DNA of 64,000 nt, taken from NCBI GenBank assembly GCA_030390025.1, contig CM059433.1:26662001-26726000 (forward strand), given 5' to 3'. Under the pieces are notes generated by a model. It was not told where the DNA came from. It saw only the letters and a list, made by a program, of their open reading frames with translations, and made no database searches. Numbering within the stretch: the stretch's first letter is position 1; every line of letters begins with the position of its first letter. Source of the DNA: Squalus acanthias (Eukaryota). Shown here one piece after another: positions 49,566 through 63,454 of the stretch. The translations under genes and the position numbers were made by a program.

Positions 49566-51722
49566 ATAGAACATAGAAACATAGAAGATAGGAGCAGGAG
49601 TAGGCCATTTGGCCCCTCGAGCCTGTTCCGCCATTTAATGAGATCATGGCTGATCATCCAAATTCAATACCCTGTCCCTGCTTTCTTCCCATATCCCTTG
49701 ATCCCTTTAGCCTTAAGAAATATATCTAACTCCTTCTTGAATATATTTAATGAATTGGCCTCAACTGCCTTCTGTGGTAGAGAATTCCACAGGTTCACCA
49801 CTCTCTGGGTGAAGAAACTCCTCCTCATCTCAGTCCTAAATGGCTTACCCCTTCTCTTTAGACTGTGACCCCTGGTTCTGGACTCCCCCACCATCGGGAA
49901 CATCCTTCCTGCATCTAGTCTGTCTAGTCCTGTTAGAATTTTATAAGTTTCAATGAGATCCCCTCTCATTCTTCTAAACTCTAGCGAATACAAGCCCAAT
50001 CGACCCAATCTCTCTTCATACGTTATTCCTGCCATCCCAGGTATCAGTCTGGTGAATCTTCGCTGCACTCTCTCCATGGCAAGAACATCCTTCCTCAGAT
50101 AAGGCAACCAAAACTGCACATAATACTCAAGGTGTGGTCTCACCAAGGCCCTGTACAACTGCAGCAAGACATCCTTGCTCCTGTACTCGAATCCTCTTGC
50201 TATGAAGGCCAACATACCATTTGCCTTCATAACCGCCTGCTGCACCTGCATGCTTACCTTCAGCGACTGGTGCACAAGGACACCCAGGTCTCGTTGCACT
50301 TCCCCTTTTCCCAATCTATTGCCATTCAGATAGTAATCTGCCTTCCTGTTTTTGCCACCAAAGTGGATAACCTCACATATATCCACATTATACTGCATCT
50401 GCCATGCATCTGCCCAATCACCCAACCTGTCCAAATCATACTGCAGTTTCTCTGCATCCTCCTCACAGCACACACGCCCACCCAGCTTTGTGTCGTCTGC
50501 AAACTTGGAGATAGTACATCTAGTTCCCTCGTCTAGATCATTAATATATATATTGTGAATAACTGGGGTCCTAGCACCGATCCCTGCGGTACCCCACTAG
50601 TCACTGCCTGCCACTCGGAAAAAGACTTGTTTATTCCAACTCTTTGCTTCCTGTCTGCCAACCAGTTCTCTATCCAAGTCAGTACCTTACCCCCAATCCC
50701 ATGTGCTTTAACTTTGCACGCTAATCTCTTATGTGGGACCTTATCGAAAGCCTTCTGAAAGTCCAAATACACCACATCCACTGGTTCTCCCTTATCTATT
50801 CTACCAGTTACATCCTCAAAAAATTCCAGTAGATTAGTCAAGCATGATTTACCTTTTGTAAATCCATGTTGACTTTGTCCGATCCTGTCACTGTTTTCCA
50901 AGTGCTCTGCTATTACATCTTTTATAATGGACTCTAGCATTTTCCCCACTACTGATGTCAGGCTTACCGGTCTATAATTCCTTGTTTTCTCTCTACCACC
51001 TTTTTGAAATAATGGGGTTACATTAGCTACCCTCCAATCCATGGGAACTGTTCCAGAGTCTATAGAATTTTGGAAGATGACCAGCAATGTATCTACTATT
51101 TCTAGGGCCACTTCCTTAAGTACCCTAGGATGTAGATTATCAGGCCCTGGGGATTTATCGGCCTTCAATCCCGTCAATTTCCCTAACACCATTTCCCTAC
51201 AAATACTGATTTCATTCAGTTCCTCCCTCTCATTAGATCCTATGTTCCCCGACACCTCTGGGAGGTTATTTGTGTCCTCCTTTGTGAAGACAGAACCAAA
51301 GTATGTATTTAATTAGTCTGCCATTTCTTTGTTCCCCATTATAAATTCCCCTGATTCTGACTGCAAGGGAACCTACTCTTGACTTCACCAATCTTTTTCT
51401 CTTCACATATCTATAGAAGCTTTTACAGTCAGTTTTTATGTTCCCTGCAAGCTTACTCTCATACTCTATTTCCCCCCTCTTAATTAATCCCTTTGTCCTC
51501 CTTTGCTGAATCCTAAACTGCTCCCAATCCTCAGGTTTGCTGCTTTTTCTGGCCAATTTATATGTCCTCTCCTTGGATCTTATGCTATCCCTAATTTCCC
51601 TTGTTAGCCACGGTTGAGTCACCTTTTTTGTTTTATTTTTATGCCAAACAGGGATGAACAAATTCTGTAGTTCATCCATGCGATCTTTAAATGTTTGCCA
51701 TTGCCTATCCACCGTCAACCCT
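49566..51722 (-). mobile_element. CR1 LINE, 5'-truncated
   Basis: ORFs 51266..51718, 50533..51255 and 49664..50473 with RT motifs. (TTCTATG) tail. Confidence 0.95.
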
Positions 51723-52413
51723 TTTCAACCTCCATCAGCACATCTGTGGAACCCACCATGATGCAGCATCTAATGACCGATGTCACAGCTTCCATTGCAG
51801 CAAAAACAGCTTCCATCAAAGCTCAGACTGCTGCCTTGCAAGTTCAGACTGCTGTCAACGTGGCTCTGGATACCATTGTTCAAAGGGGCTTCCAGGGCAT
51901 CACAGCAGTCCAGCAATCTGATCTCCAACATATCACCAGGATTGCTGAGGCACAGCCCCAGGAGAGTGGCAGTAGCTCCACTGAACAAGAACCTGCTGTC
52001 CTTTCTCAAGATGACAGCATTCATCCTCCCACCACTGCCACTCTGCCATTGTACTTGCTATTGCCTGTCAGCCAGCCGATCCAGACTGCTGCAGCCCAGG
52101 CCGAGATGGTGTAGTCTGAAGGCAGGCCCTCTAGGCCCAGAGCTGTTCAAGGTTGTCCTCTAAGGCCATCTACACACTCCTCAATTGAAGGTCAGCAGCC
52201 TTTCATTTCCCATGTTACAGCCACTATGGAAGCACCTCACAGGATAGCGAAAGGCACACGTAAGACAGGCACTAAGGGAATGCACAAAGGTGATTAGTTC
52301 TTTGTTATGTTGATGCAATGATTATTTTGATAAATTATGATTTGATTGGTTTTTATGTCTAAAGTCAAGTGAGGGAGGAACCAATAAATATTGTCAGAAA
52401 GAGGATAATGTGA

Positions 52414-53455
52414 TTTTTTTTTGTATTCGTTCACGGGATATGGGTGTCCCCGGCAAAGCCAGCATTTATTACCCATCCCTAATTGCCCTTGAGAAGTTGG
52501 TGGTGAGCCGCCTTCTTGAACCGCTGCAGTGCATGTGGCGTAGGTACTCCCACAGTGTTGTTAGGGAGGGAGTTCCAGGATTTTGACCCAGCGACGATGA
52601 AGGAACGGCCATATATTTCCAAATCAGGATGATGTGTGACTTAGAGGGGAACTTGCAGGTAATGGTGTTCCCATGCGCCTGCTGCCCTTGGCCTTCTAGG
52701 TGGTAGAGGTAGCGGGTTTGGGAGGTGCTGTCGAAGAAGCCTTGGTGAGTTGCTGCAGCGCATCTTGTAGATGGTACACACTGTAGCTATGGTGTGCCAG
52801 TGGTGGAGGGAGTGAACGTTTAAGGTGGTGGATGGGGTGCCAATGAAGCAGGTTGCTTTGTCCTGGATGGTGTTGAGCTTCTTGAGTGTTGTTGGAGCTG
52901 CACTCATCCAGGCAAGTGGAGAGTATTCCATTGCACTCCTTACTTGTGCCTTGTAGATGGTGGAAAAGTTTTGGGGAGTCAGGAGGTGAGACACTCGTCA
53001 TAGAATACCCATCCTCTGACCTGCTCTTATTGCCACAGTATTTATGTGGCTGTTCCAGTTAAGTTTCTGATCAATGGTGACCCCCAGGATGTTGATGGTG
53101 GGGAATTCGTCAATGATAATGCCGCTGAATGTCAAGGGGTGGTGGTTAGGCTCTCTCTTCTTGGAGATGGTCATTGCCTGGCACTTGTGTGATGCAAATA
53201 TTACTCGCCACTTGTCAGCCCAAGCCTGAATGTTGTCCAGGTCTTGCTGCATGCAGGCATGAACTGCTTCATTATCTGAGGAGTTGCAAATGGCACTGAA
53301 CACTGTGCAATCATCAGCGAAAATCCCCACTTCTGACCTTATGATGGAGGAAAGGTCATTGATGAAGCAGCTGAAGATGGTTGAGCCTAGGACTCTGCCC
53401 TGAGGAATTCCTGCATTGATGTCCTGAGATGATTAGCCTCCAACAACCACAACCA
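52414..53455 (-). mobile_element. Family-B LINE 3' fragment
   Basis: IFADDCTVF, ILGVTIDQKLNW, IYKAQVRSAMEY. Family-B tail plus poly(A). Confidence 0.9.
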
Positions 53456-55082
53456 GTTGAGTGAAGGAAGAGAGAAGGTAAAGAGTGTGGGACTGCTGGT
53501 GAATGGGGAGGTGTAGTTGAGGTCACTGGAATCGCTCTTAAATCACCTGATCATGAAGAGCCCTGGCAGAAAAGCGTTGTCTATGTTACAGCCTCCCTTC
53601 CTCTTCCTCCTCCTCCACTTCCTCATGCTCTTCCTCCTCAGCGTCTAGCCTGATGAGTGGATGGCAAGGGCTGGTCCATCATAATGGCTAGTTCGTGCAG
53701 CATGCAGCAAACTACCACAAATCTGGATATCCGCTCAGCTGAGTACTGCAGGGCTCCTCCAGAGTGGTCCAGGCAGCGGAAGCGTTGCTTGAGGATGCCG
53801 ATGGTCTGTTCTAAGTACTATTAGCCAGTACTTGAGAGATCCTAGGTCTCTTCGGATCTAATCTTAATCGCCAAATCAGCACTTTTCTTTGCAACTGAAG
53901 TAATATTGGTACCTTGGACTTTGGGGAATCCCATGATCTGAGAAAAGCAGGGCCTTCTCATTCTGCTGCCAATTCTGCAGGAGAAAAGTGTTCTCCATGA
54001 GGAAAGCACATTCTTTGCCCTGGTGAACAAGATATTGGTCATCAGTTTGATACATCTGAGCACTGCAGATTGACCTGTGGCAGCTTACAATGAACCTGAG
54101 GCATAAAAGTTAAGGACTGACATGAACTTGACAGCCGCTGGCACTGCCATCCCGTGAAGATCAGTTTCCCGGAGACAGTGTAACTCTACTGCTGCCTTTT
54201 GATTTAAGCACAGTTTGTGAACATAGCTTTCCTTTGACCTGCCAAGGTAGGTGTGCTTCTGCCCGTAGATAAAGGCACATGAGTTAAGGCAGCTGTGAGC
54301 AACTTGCCTCTTATGCAATTTGACCGGCTTTGACTCTTCATCCAATTCTTCATCCTTTAATCAACAAAAGGTGCAATCCATTTCCTAGATTATAATTGCA
54401 GCAACTAAAATGCTTCTAATCATAAACAGAAAATAACACCTAAAACTGATATCTGCAGAAATTTCACTTTTAGTTACTATTATTGAAGTCACCTTTTAAT
54501 TGCTGACTTCTGTTAGCACAGAATCACCATACCTCAAGGTCAAACTTATGCTGCAGAATTTAAGGCACAGTGCATTCCAGATGAGAATCATAGGAATTTG
54601 TGTCGGAGGTAATCTCAAAATTGATTATTATAATATGATAAAGATTGTGATCAGTGCAGGATGGGATCTATGCCTAATTTTACCACCTTTCTGTGTCCTT
54701 TCCATTCTGATGCCATAAGCGATAGTGAAAATATCCCATGACGGTTTCAAATTAACACATAAAAAGGTACAACCTCTGTGAAAAAGTGTTTGACATTTTG
54801 TTACCTGGCAAAATATTGAAAATCACCTCAAGTATATTATCATTGCACCTGCGTGTGACATTATCAAAATAAAATTTACCTATTACGCTTCTGGACCTTT
54901 TCCTTTCCAAATCAAAAGGGAGTGTGCCAAATGCTTTTCTCCAGAAAATAAGTAGTCACAACAGTGGTGTTGCTAATTGCATGGAGTTGCTGGTTTCTAA
55001 CTGTTCAGAGCTGCACTTGGGTTGAATGTGACCAGCTTTACGGCTATACAAACAAGCCTTGATAATGAAGTAATTCAATTCG

Positions 55083-55288
55083 AATCATAGAATGATACAG
55101 CACAGAAGGAGACCATTCAGCCCATCATGTCCGTGCCAGCTCTTTGAAAGAGCTAGCCAATTAGTCCCACACCCCCCTGCTCTTTCCCCATAGCCTTGCA
55201 AATTTCTCCTTTTAAAGTATTTATCCAATTCCCTTTTTAAAGTTACTATGAATCTGCTTCCACCACCCTTTCAGGCAGTGCATTTCAT
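55083..55288 (-). mobile_element. Short CR1 3' tail (a similar one lies at about 45541-45635)
   Basis: Matches the CR1 tail at 817-990. Confidence 0.8.
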
Positions 55289-57173
55289 ATCTGGCAAAAC
55301 TGATTTTAGCTCCTAAATAACATTTTTGGCATCACTTTTCAGTAAGTCTATTTTTAAAAAAAATCAGCAGTCAGATTACTAGAGCCTGGAAATTACTGTG
55401 AATGATGCAATCATACGTTTCGTATCAAATTCCCATCTCTATTATTTTAACATAGGTGATAACCCTTATAAAGTAAACAGGTTAATGCCTCCATTAAAAT
55501 AGGGAGAGAGAAATTTGGTAAGCATTCAGGACGACAACATCATTCAGTAATTTCCAGACTCTGCAGTGACTCGTTAAGTTTAATGAAAACACCATCAAGC
55601 TTTTTTTTTTAAAAGTGGTTTCTGGTTACACCCATGTGTGGTTTCAAGTATGCTCATTTTTGAAAGGAACAGAGCATGATGAGAACTAAGGTCTTTAAAA
55701 ATGTGGTGAATATCCTCAAAACATATTGCTGAGATGATGAATTGCTGCTGAAGGTCAGTGGTTCCAGACATATGGTCACATACACTGATGGTTCTCAACA
55801 TAGTCATTTTGGAAAGGAACTTAAGGATGGTTGTAGGAAATCACTTTCAGCTATGGTCAAGATCCAATAAAATAAGTGATATGCAATCTCTGTGTGTTTA
55901 CATACACATGAGAGAACAAGCTCCTTTCTGAATATTCCATATGATTACTTAAAACATTTTGAAACTCTATACTGTCACCTGCAGAAATCTTTTTTTTTTA
56001 AACTCGCTGAGTTCTTGTGGCTTATTTTCAAGAGCCAGAGAGATTGGAGTTGATGCGGACAAAAGCACTATTTTCAAAGGTGTTATGGCCTTGCAGATCT
56101 TTGCCTTATGATATTTTGTTATAGCAGCTTCTTTCTACTGTAGCAGAGCATGACGAGAATTAAGTGCTGATTTTTTTTTTGTACCACAAGATAAACTTGA
56201 AGAGTTATTTGCTCAGCAAAGGTTTCTTTCGAAGAGCAGTGCTGCAGCAAGTGCAGGAGGTACATATGTATTCTCACACATTAATTAATAGTCAATAAAT
56301 CAATTCTGCAATGTTGCAAGTTCCAAGAAATTTGCAAATGCTTTGAAAAGAGAAAACATATAGACTTACCCCAACATTTTACATCAGTCACACATGTATT
56401 TTATATATATTTTTTTAAAAGGGGCATTAATTTTTTAATGAAAAGGAATCACTTATACATTACTGAATAGTTTTATGTTATTTTGGTACCAAGTTCTGGT
56501 ACTTTTAGTCCACCTTTAATAGTTTGCATATTGTAGTCTTAGCTATTGCCATTACAAACTGTACAAGTGCATTGGAATACTATAAGTAAGTCCTGTAAAA
56601 CAAATGTAAATGTTCTTTTTCTTTATCCAATTACTTTTTAATAAGTTCAGCAGAGTCTTTCATTGAAATATGTACAACGTTGTTTTCCTTCTTTCTATTT
56701 GTTCTAATTGATTTTCATATATAGTCCTACTGTTAACATAAAGCCATCATGAATTGAGCAAAACCTTATTCCTAAACCATTGTGATGATCTGTCTACAAC
56801 TTCATCCTTAGGGTCAGATCAGGAGAAGGAACAAGATGCAACTGAGGAAGATTTGGAAATGTCATGATGTGCAATAAAGTCCTTCAAAAGGGCATCAGGA
56901 GACAATCTGTTCTATAGCGGTGTCCACCATTGTCCTCCCTTGTAGTCCAAGTACACCCCAATGTTTTTGGGTTTTAGATTGAGATTGAATGGGACAGTTA
57001 AAACCTTTGTAGTTATTCGCATTTCTCAGCCACCATCTGTGTGAGTGCAAATTTTTCTTTCCTGTTGACGTACTTTCTGCCCATCACTGATAAGAGGATC
57101 TCAGCTCCTAGAGTCAACAGGTGCTTCCTTCATATCCTCCAACACAATCTTACAGCATGTGGAAGAAGGCATT

Positions 57174-58228
57174 TGGACAAATCTTGCTAGAAAAATAAAG
57201 GCGTGATAACGACGCACACCGTTATTAATGTGCAAATCAGCCAGCAAGTTCAGGGGATTAGAGATACGCCATGAGTTGTTAATCTCCAGAACTTGCTGGT
57301 CAATTTATGCCTCTCCACCGTTTGCTTCACACAAACGGCATCTCCCCCTTAGCCTCCCGGTATTTTTGAGAACTTGCTGGATTTGCACATTAATTGCCCA
57401 TTAAACTCGCTGCAGACAGTTAGGGCAGATGATTAAGAGCATAAGAACCCTATTAATGCGTGATAATTGTTAATGCAATGTCAACCTCTGTAGCCCAGAA
57501 AGGGAATATTTTAAACTGATTGCTCTCATTCCTGCATGTAGTAAGTTCTTCTTCGAGATTTAAAAAATGACAATTTAAAAAATATATATTTTTCTTCCTT
57601 TCTGTCTCTTTTTTCTCTCTCTCTTAATCCAATCATTCTTTCCCTCTTTTATTTCTCTTTCTGTACCTGATTTGACTCTAATTCCCCCGATTTCCTTCCC
57701 CGTCATTCTCGGTTTCTTCACTTAATCCTTAAATCTCATTTGTTAAGGAGATACACTGTTGGTCCCACCATTCACTAAGGGCCCAGATGCCCTGTTGCCC
57801 CATTATCAGCTCGCACTTCCAACAAGTCACAGCGCAAAAGTTTTTCGAGCTGAAGAGTGCAGCAAAAAGTCTAACTAATGGCGAGATGCCCGCTCCACAA
57901 CAACAACAACAACCACAATTTGTATTTCTATAGCGCCTTTAATGTAGTAAAACATCCCAAGGCGCTTCACAGGAGTGTCATAACACAAAACATTTGACAC
58001 CGAGCCATGTAAGAAGTTAGTGCAGATGGCCAAAAGCTTGGTCAAAGACGTAGGTTTTAAGGAGCATCTTAAAGGTGGAAAGAGAGGTAGAGAGGTGAAG
58101 AGGTTTAGAGAGGGAATTCCAGAGCTTCGGGCCTAGACAGCTGAAGGCACGGCCGCCAATGGTGGAGCGATTATAATCAGGGATGCTCAAGAGGCAAGAA
58201 TTAGATGAGCTCCAGCAAGGTTTGGCCC
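57174..58228. mobile_element. MITE-like element interrupted by an L2-type LINE tail
   Basis: Ends TGGACAAATCTTGCT / AGCAAGGTTTGGCCC. The insert at about 57898-58208 is flanked by GCTCCA. Confidence 0.6.
57898..58208 (-). mobile_element. L2-type LINE 3' end
   Basis: CTCTGGAATTCCCT...CTTAAAACCTAC.TCTTTGACC...AAAGGCGCTATAGAAAT followed by (TTG)n. Confidence 0.75.
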
Positions 58229-58689
58229 AATAGATCTATGGGTCAGAAGCAAGATACACATGTAATTATTGCATAATGCAGATAGATCCAATTGCACACA
58301 GCTACAGTCCTATCAGCTTATGTCAACATTTCGGAGAACATTCCAACTTTGTCAAAATAAGCAGTTCCCTTTGAATTGGTGTGAAACTGACCAAGCTGCT
58401 TGCTATTACAGGCTGGGTGCCAGGAAATTGCACTGAAAAATCAGGAAAGTGTCGATAATAATTTGAAAACGTTCTAATCCCCTCCCCCAATCACTAGTGT
58501 TTTCTCTCACCCCTCTCTCCCATTGTGTTCTTTACCTTTTCATCGTCCCACTATCACCTAATTTCCCTACCACCCCCGATCCCATCACTCCTATTACTCT
58601 TCTGTTCTCTTCCCCCTTAAACTACCCACTTAACCTTTGTATTTTCCTCTTCTCTCTTGCTCCATTGTCACTCATGCTACTTGTAACTA

Positions 58690-59927
58690 ATGGAGGATGT
58701 AACTAGTGGAGTAGACAAAGGGGAACCAGTAGATGTGGTGTATTTGGATTTTCAGAAGGCCTTCGATAAGGTCCCACACAAGAGGTTGGTGAACAAAATT
58801 AGGGCACATGGAATTGGGGGTAATATACTAGCATGGATTGAGAATTGGTTAACAGACAGAAAACAAAGAGTAGGGATAAATGGGTCTTTTTCAGGATGGC
58901 AGGCTGTGACTAGTGGGGTACCGCAAGGATCGGTGCTTGGGCCCCACCTATTCACAATCTATATCAATGATTTGGATGAGGGGACTAAATGTAACATTTC
59001 CAAATTTGCTGATGACACAAAGCTAGGTGGCAGTGTCAGTTGCGAAGAGGATGTGAAGAGGCTTCAAGGGGATCTCAACAGGCTCAGTGAGTGGGCGAGA
59101 ACATGGCAGATGGATTATAATGTGAAGTTATCCACTTTGGTAGAAAAAACAGAAAGGCAGAGTATTTCCTAAATGGTGAAAGATTGGGGAATGCAGATGC
59201 TCAAAGGGACCTGGGTGTCCTTGTACATGAGTCACTGAAAGTGAATGTGCAGGTGCAGCAGGCCATTAGGAAGGCAAATGGTATGCTGGCCTTCATTACA
59301 AGAGGATTTAAGTACAGGAGTAAAGAAGTCTTACTCCAATTATATAGGGCCTTGGGGAGACCACACCTGGAGTACTGTGTACAATTTTGGTCTCCTTACC
59401 TAAGGAAGGATATACTTGCCATAGAGGGAGTGCAACGAAGGTTCACGAGATTGATTCCTGGGATGGCGGGACTGTCGTGTAAGATGAGATTGAGTAAACT
59501 AGGCCTGTATTCTCTTGAATTCAGAAGAATGAGAGGGGATCTCATTGAAGCATGCAAAATTATTACAGGGCTTGATAGGGTGGATGCTGGGAGAATGTTT
59601 CCCTTGGCTGGGGAGTCTAGAACCAGGGGCCACAGCCTCAGGATAAAGGGTAGGCCATTCAGGACTGAGATGAGAAGAAATTTCTTCACACAGAGGGTGG
59701 TGAATCTTTGGAATTCTCTACCCCAGAGGGCTGTGGAGGCTCAGTCATTGGGTATATTCAAAACAGAAGTCGATAGATTTCTGACTAGTAAGGGCATCAA
59801 GGGATATGGCGATAAGGCCAGTGAATGGAATTGAGGCAGAAGATCAGCCATGATCCCATTGAATGGCGGAGCAGGCTCGAAGGGCCGAATGGCCTACTCC
59901 TGCTCCTATTTCTTATGTTCTTATGTA
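58690..59927 (+). mobile_element. CR1 LINE 3' part
   Basis: ORFs 58690..59172 and 59184..59834 ([29 protein letters not shown]). TTCTTATG tail. Confidence 0.95.
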
Positions 59928-60569
59928 ACCGTCCATCCAGTCCCCTCAACTCCCACTCACTCCCCTCAAGAGCAGGTGGTGAGAGGCCAGAGGCACTCTT
60001 CACCTTGAACCTATCTCTCTCCTCCCTTCCTTACTATTTGTTCACCTCAGAGGCTGTGTTTACTTTGAAATTCAACTTACTTGTATTTTTAAGAAATCAA
60101 ATTATAAGAAATTGCCTTTCTCTCCATCTGTCTGTCTCTTTCTGACTGCCTCCCCCTTCCTTTTCACTATCTCTTTCTGTGTCTTTCACAATGTTTCCCT
60201 CTCTCTCTAACTGTCCATCTTTCTGTCTCATAACCGTTAACAATTAGAATCTCTGGCCGGAAATTATCTCGAAGATAATTCCACTCTGCCGCTGTAACTT
60301 CACAAGAAGCGCGGCGGTTGCGTAAATGGGATTTCCACTGCACTTCCAGTGAAGTTATGGTGGTGGAGTGGGACCAGCTTTGAGGAAATTCTTAGCCTCC
60401 GTCTCACATGTGTAAAGAATTACCAATACCTTTTCTAACTGTCAGCAACACTCAGTTGACTGTATTTTTTTTTGAAAACTGAAGTAACATTAAGGCCTAG
60501 AAATGCTGTTAAACTTGACTCAAGCAGCACGCAATTTCCATGCTGCGTGATCATTTTAATCAAGCAGGC

Positions 60570-62930
60570 GTGCAGCCAGCGCTATCCACACTATACATTG
60601 GCTGCACGTAAGTAAGCAGCACGGAGTCCAGTTCGATGGAGTACTGCTTCTACAGAGTACTAAACTCAGAATTTGGTGAGTGAGGGAATTCGGTGCATTG
60701 AGGGAAGTGGTGCTGTTCTGGTATTTTAAAAAACAAGGAGCCGTCCGAGAGAGGGAGCGTGAGACAGCGATACCTGAGAGCTGAGGTCTAGAGACATTAA
60801 TTAAAGTTAATAGTTTAAACAAGATACTAATTAGCTTCTGAAAGAGAGAATAGACATTTTTTAGATCATGAATGGGCAGCTGATACCTGTTGCTTGCAAT
60901 TCCTGCGCCACGTGGGAACTTCAGGACACTTCATGTGTCTTGGGGGACCATGTGTGTAGGAAGTGTTTCCAGCTGCTTGCGCTCGAGCTCAGGGTTTCCG
61001 AGCTTGAGGGGCAGCTGGAGTCACTGCGGAGCATCAGGGAGGCTGAGAGTTTCCTGGACCGTACGTTCCAGGAGGTGGCCACCCCACAGGCAGAGAGAGT
61101 TCAGGATAGTAAATGGGTGGCCATCCGGAAGAGTAGGAAGAGGCAGGAAGTGCAGGAGCCTTCGGGGTGTGCTTCACTCTCAAACCAGTACGCAGCATTG
61201 GAGACTGCTGGGAGTGACGACACCTTGAAGGAGTGCAGTCCAGACCATGGCACCAATGGGCAAGGGACTGCACAGGGGGGAACAGCAAAGTGTAGAAATG
61301 CAGTTGTTATAGGAGATTCCACAGTTAGGGGGACAGATAGGCGTTTCTGAAAACGTCACCATGAGTCCCGCAGGGTGTGTTGCCTCCCTGGTGCCAGGGT
61401 AAAGGACATCATGGAGAGGGTGCAGAATATTCTGCAGGGGGAAGGGAGTGAGCCAGAAGTTGTGGTATACATCGGTACCAACGACATAGAGAGGGCAGGT
61501 ATTGAGGTCCTACAGTCAGACTTTTAGGAACTAGGGAGGAAGTTAAAAAGTTGGACCTCAAAGGTAGTAATCTCAGGATTACTCCCAGTGCCACGCGCCA
61601 GTGAGAGTAGAAATAGGAAGATAGGGTGGATCAATGCGTGGCTTGAGGCATGGTGCAGGAGGGAGGGCTTCAGATTCTTGGGACCAGTTCTGGGGCAGGA
61701 GGCACCTATTCAAAAGGGACGGGTTGCACCTCAACAGGACTGGGACCAACGTCCTCGCGGGGAGGTTCACTAGTGTGGTTGGGGAGGGTTAAAACTAAAT
61801 TGGCAGGGGAGTGGGCACCAGCATATAGAAGTAGAAAAGGGGAATAAGGTGCATAAAGGAGGGAGAGTGTTGGATAGTACTAGAGAAGGAAGTAGTACCA
61901 TATTACATAGGCGCAGACTAAGAAGGACTACGAGGAATAAAAAGACAGGTTCGGAATGCATGTATGTAAATGCACAAAGTGTGGTGAATAAGGTTGGTGA
62001 GCTACAAGCAAAAGTTAGCCGTGTGGGAATATGATGTAGTAGCAATAATGGAAATGTGGCTTAAAAATGGTGAGGACTGGGTGCTTAATATTCATGGATA
62101 CAAGGTGTTCAGAAAAGATGGGGAAGGAAAAAAGGGAGGTGGGGTGGCAGTCGGTGGGAAGACATTGTAGTGTTGGAAAGAGAGGATGTCCTTGAGGGGG
62201 CAAGGACAGAATCCATTTGGTTAGAGTTGAGAAACAAAGAGGGTACGATCACGTTATTGGGGTATTCTATAGGCCTCCAAATAGTGAGAGAGAGATAGAG
62301 GAACAAATCTGCAGGGAAATCACAGAGATGTACAAGAACTATAGAATGGTGATATTGGGGGACTTTAATTACCCAAATAGCGATTGGAATAATGTTAGAG
62401 TAAAGGGAAAGGAGGGGGAAGAATTTCTGAAATGTGTTCAGGAGAACTTCCTTGACCATTATGTTCTTGGCCCAATTAGGAAGAAGGCATTGCTGGATCT
62501 GGTGCTGGAGAATGAGGTGGGCCAGGTTGACCAAGTGTCTGTGGGAGAACACTTGGGTATGAGTGATCATCATATCATAGGATTTAGATTAGTAATGGAG
62601 AAGAGCAAGGTTCAATCTAAAGTAGAATTTCTAAATTGGAAGAGGCTAACTTCAATGGGATGAGATCCTCACTGCTTCCTCACAGGGTAGATGAGGGTAG
62701 TGCGTTTGATGTCGTTTATATGGACTTTAGCAAAGCTTTTGATAAGGTTCCACATGGCAGACTGGTCATGAAGTTTAAAGCCCATGGGATCCAGGGCAAA
62801 GTGTCAAGTTGGATTCAAAACTGGCTCGGAGACAGGAAGCAGAGGGTAATGGTTGATGGGTGTTTTTGTGACTGGAAGGCTGTTTCCAGTGGGGTTCCGC
62901 AGGGCTCAGTACTAGGTCCCTTGCTTTTTT
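60570..62930 (+). mobile_element. CR1 LINE 5' part with ORF1 and rearranged ORF2
   Basis: ORF1 from 60868: CxxC...HxCxxC zinc finger, heptad leucine repeat, SGNH esterase blocks (VIGDS, CCLPGA, IGTND, GLHLN), with a stop at 61348 and frameshifts. ORF2 APE from about 61960 (YVNAQS, YRPP, GDFNYP, SDH), jumping to RT at 62686. The 5' boundary is approximate. Confidence 0.88.
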
Positions 62931-62931
62931 G

Positions 62932-63452
62932 TGCTTCCTCACAGCTTCCTCACAGCTTCCTCACTGCTTCCTCACAGCTTCCTCACAGCTTCCTCACAGC
63001 TTCCTCACTGCTTCCTCACAGTTTCCTCACTGCTTCCTCACAGCTTCCTCACAGCTTCCTCACAGCTTCCTCACTACTTCCTCACAGCTTCCTCACTGCT
63101 TCCTCAGTTTCCTCACAGTTTCCTCACTGCTTCCTCACAGTTTCCTCACAGCTTCCTCACAGCTTCCTCACAGCTTCCTCACTACTTCCTCACAGCTTCC
63201 TCACTGCTTCCTCAGTTTCCTCACAGTTTCCTCACTGCTTCCTCACAGCTTCCTCACAGCTTCCTCACAGCTTCCTCACAGCTTCCTCACTGCTTCCTCA
63301 GTTTCCTCACAGTTTCCTCACAGCTTCCTCACAGCTTCCTCACAGCTTCCTCACTGCTTCCTCAGTTTCCTCACAGTTTCCTCACAGCTTCCTCACAGCT
63401 TCCTCACAGCTTCCTCACTGCTTCCTCACAGCTTCCTCACAGTTTCCTCACT
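62932..63452 (+). repeat. 11-bp tandem array (CTTCCTCACAG)n with 9-bp variants
   Basis: Directly visible; about 520 bp. Confidence 0.97.
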
Positions 63453-63454
63453 GT

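Larger units (their letters stand above)
48760..54345. mobile_element. Old fragmented Harbinger element split by two LINE insertions
   Basis: Plus-strand Myb-gene remnants at about 48760-49565 (TGGG motif) and 51726-52290 (AVLSQDDSI, QTAAAQAEMV, matching exon 3 of the intact copy). Minus-strand transposase remnants at about 53590-54345 (VLNFYASGS, GFPKVQG, EQTIGILKQRFRCLDHSGGALQYS, VVCCMLH). Termini not resolved. Confidence 0.82.
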
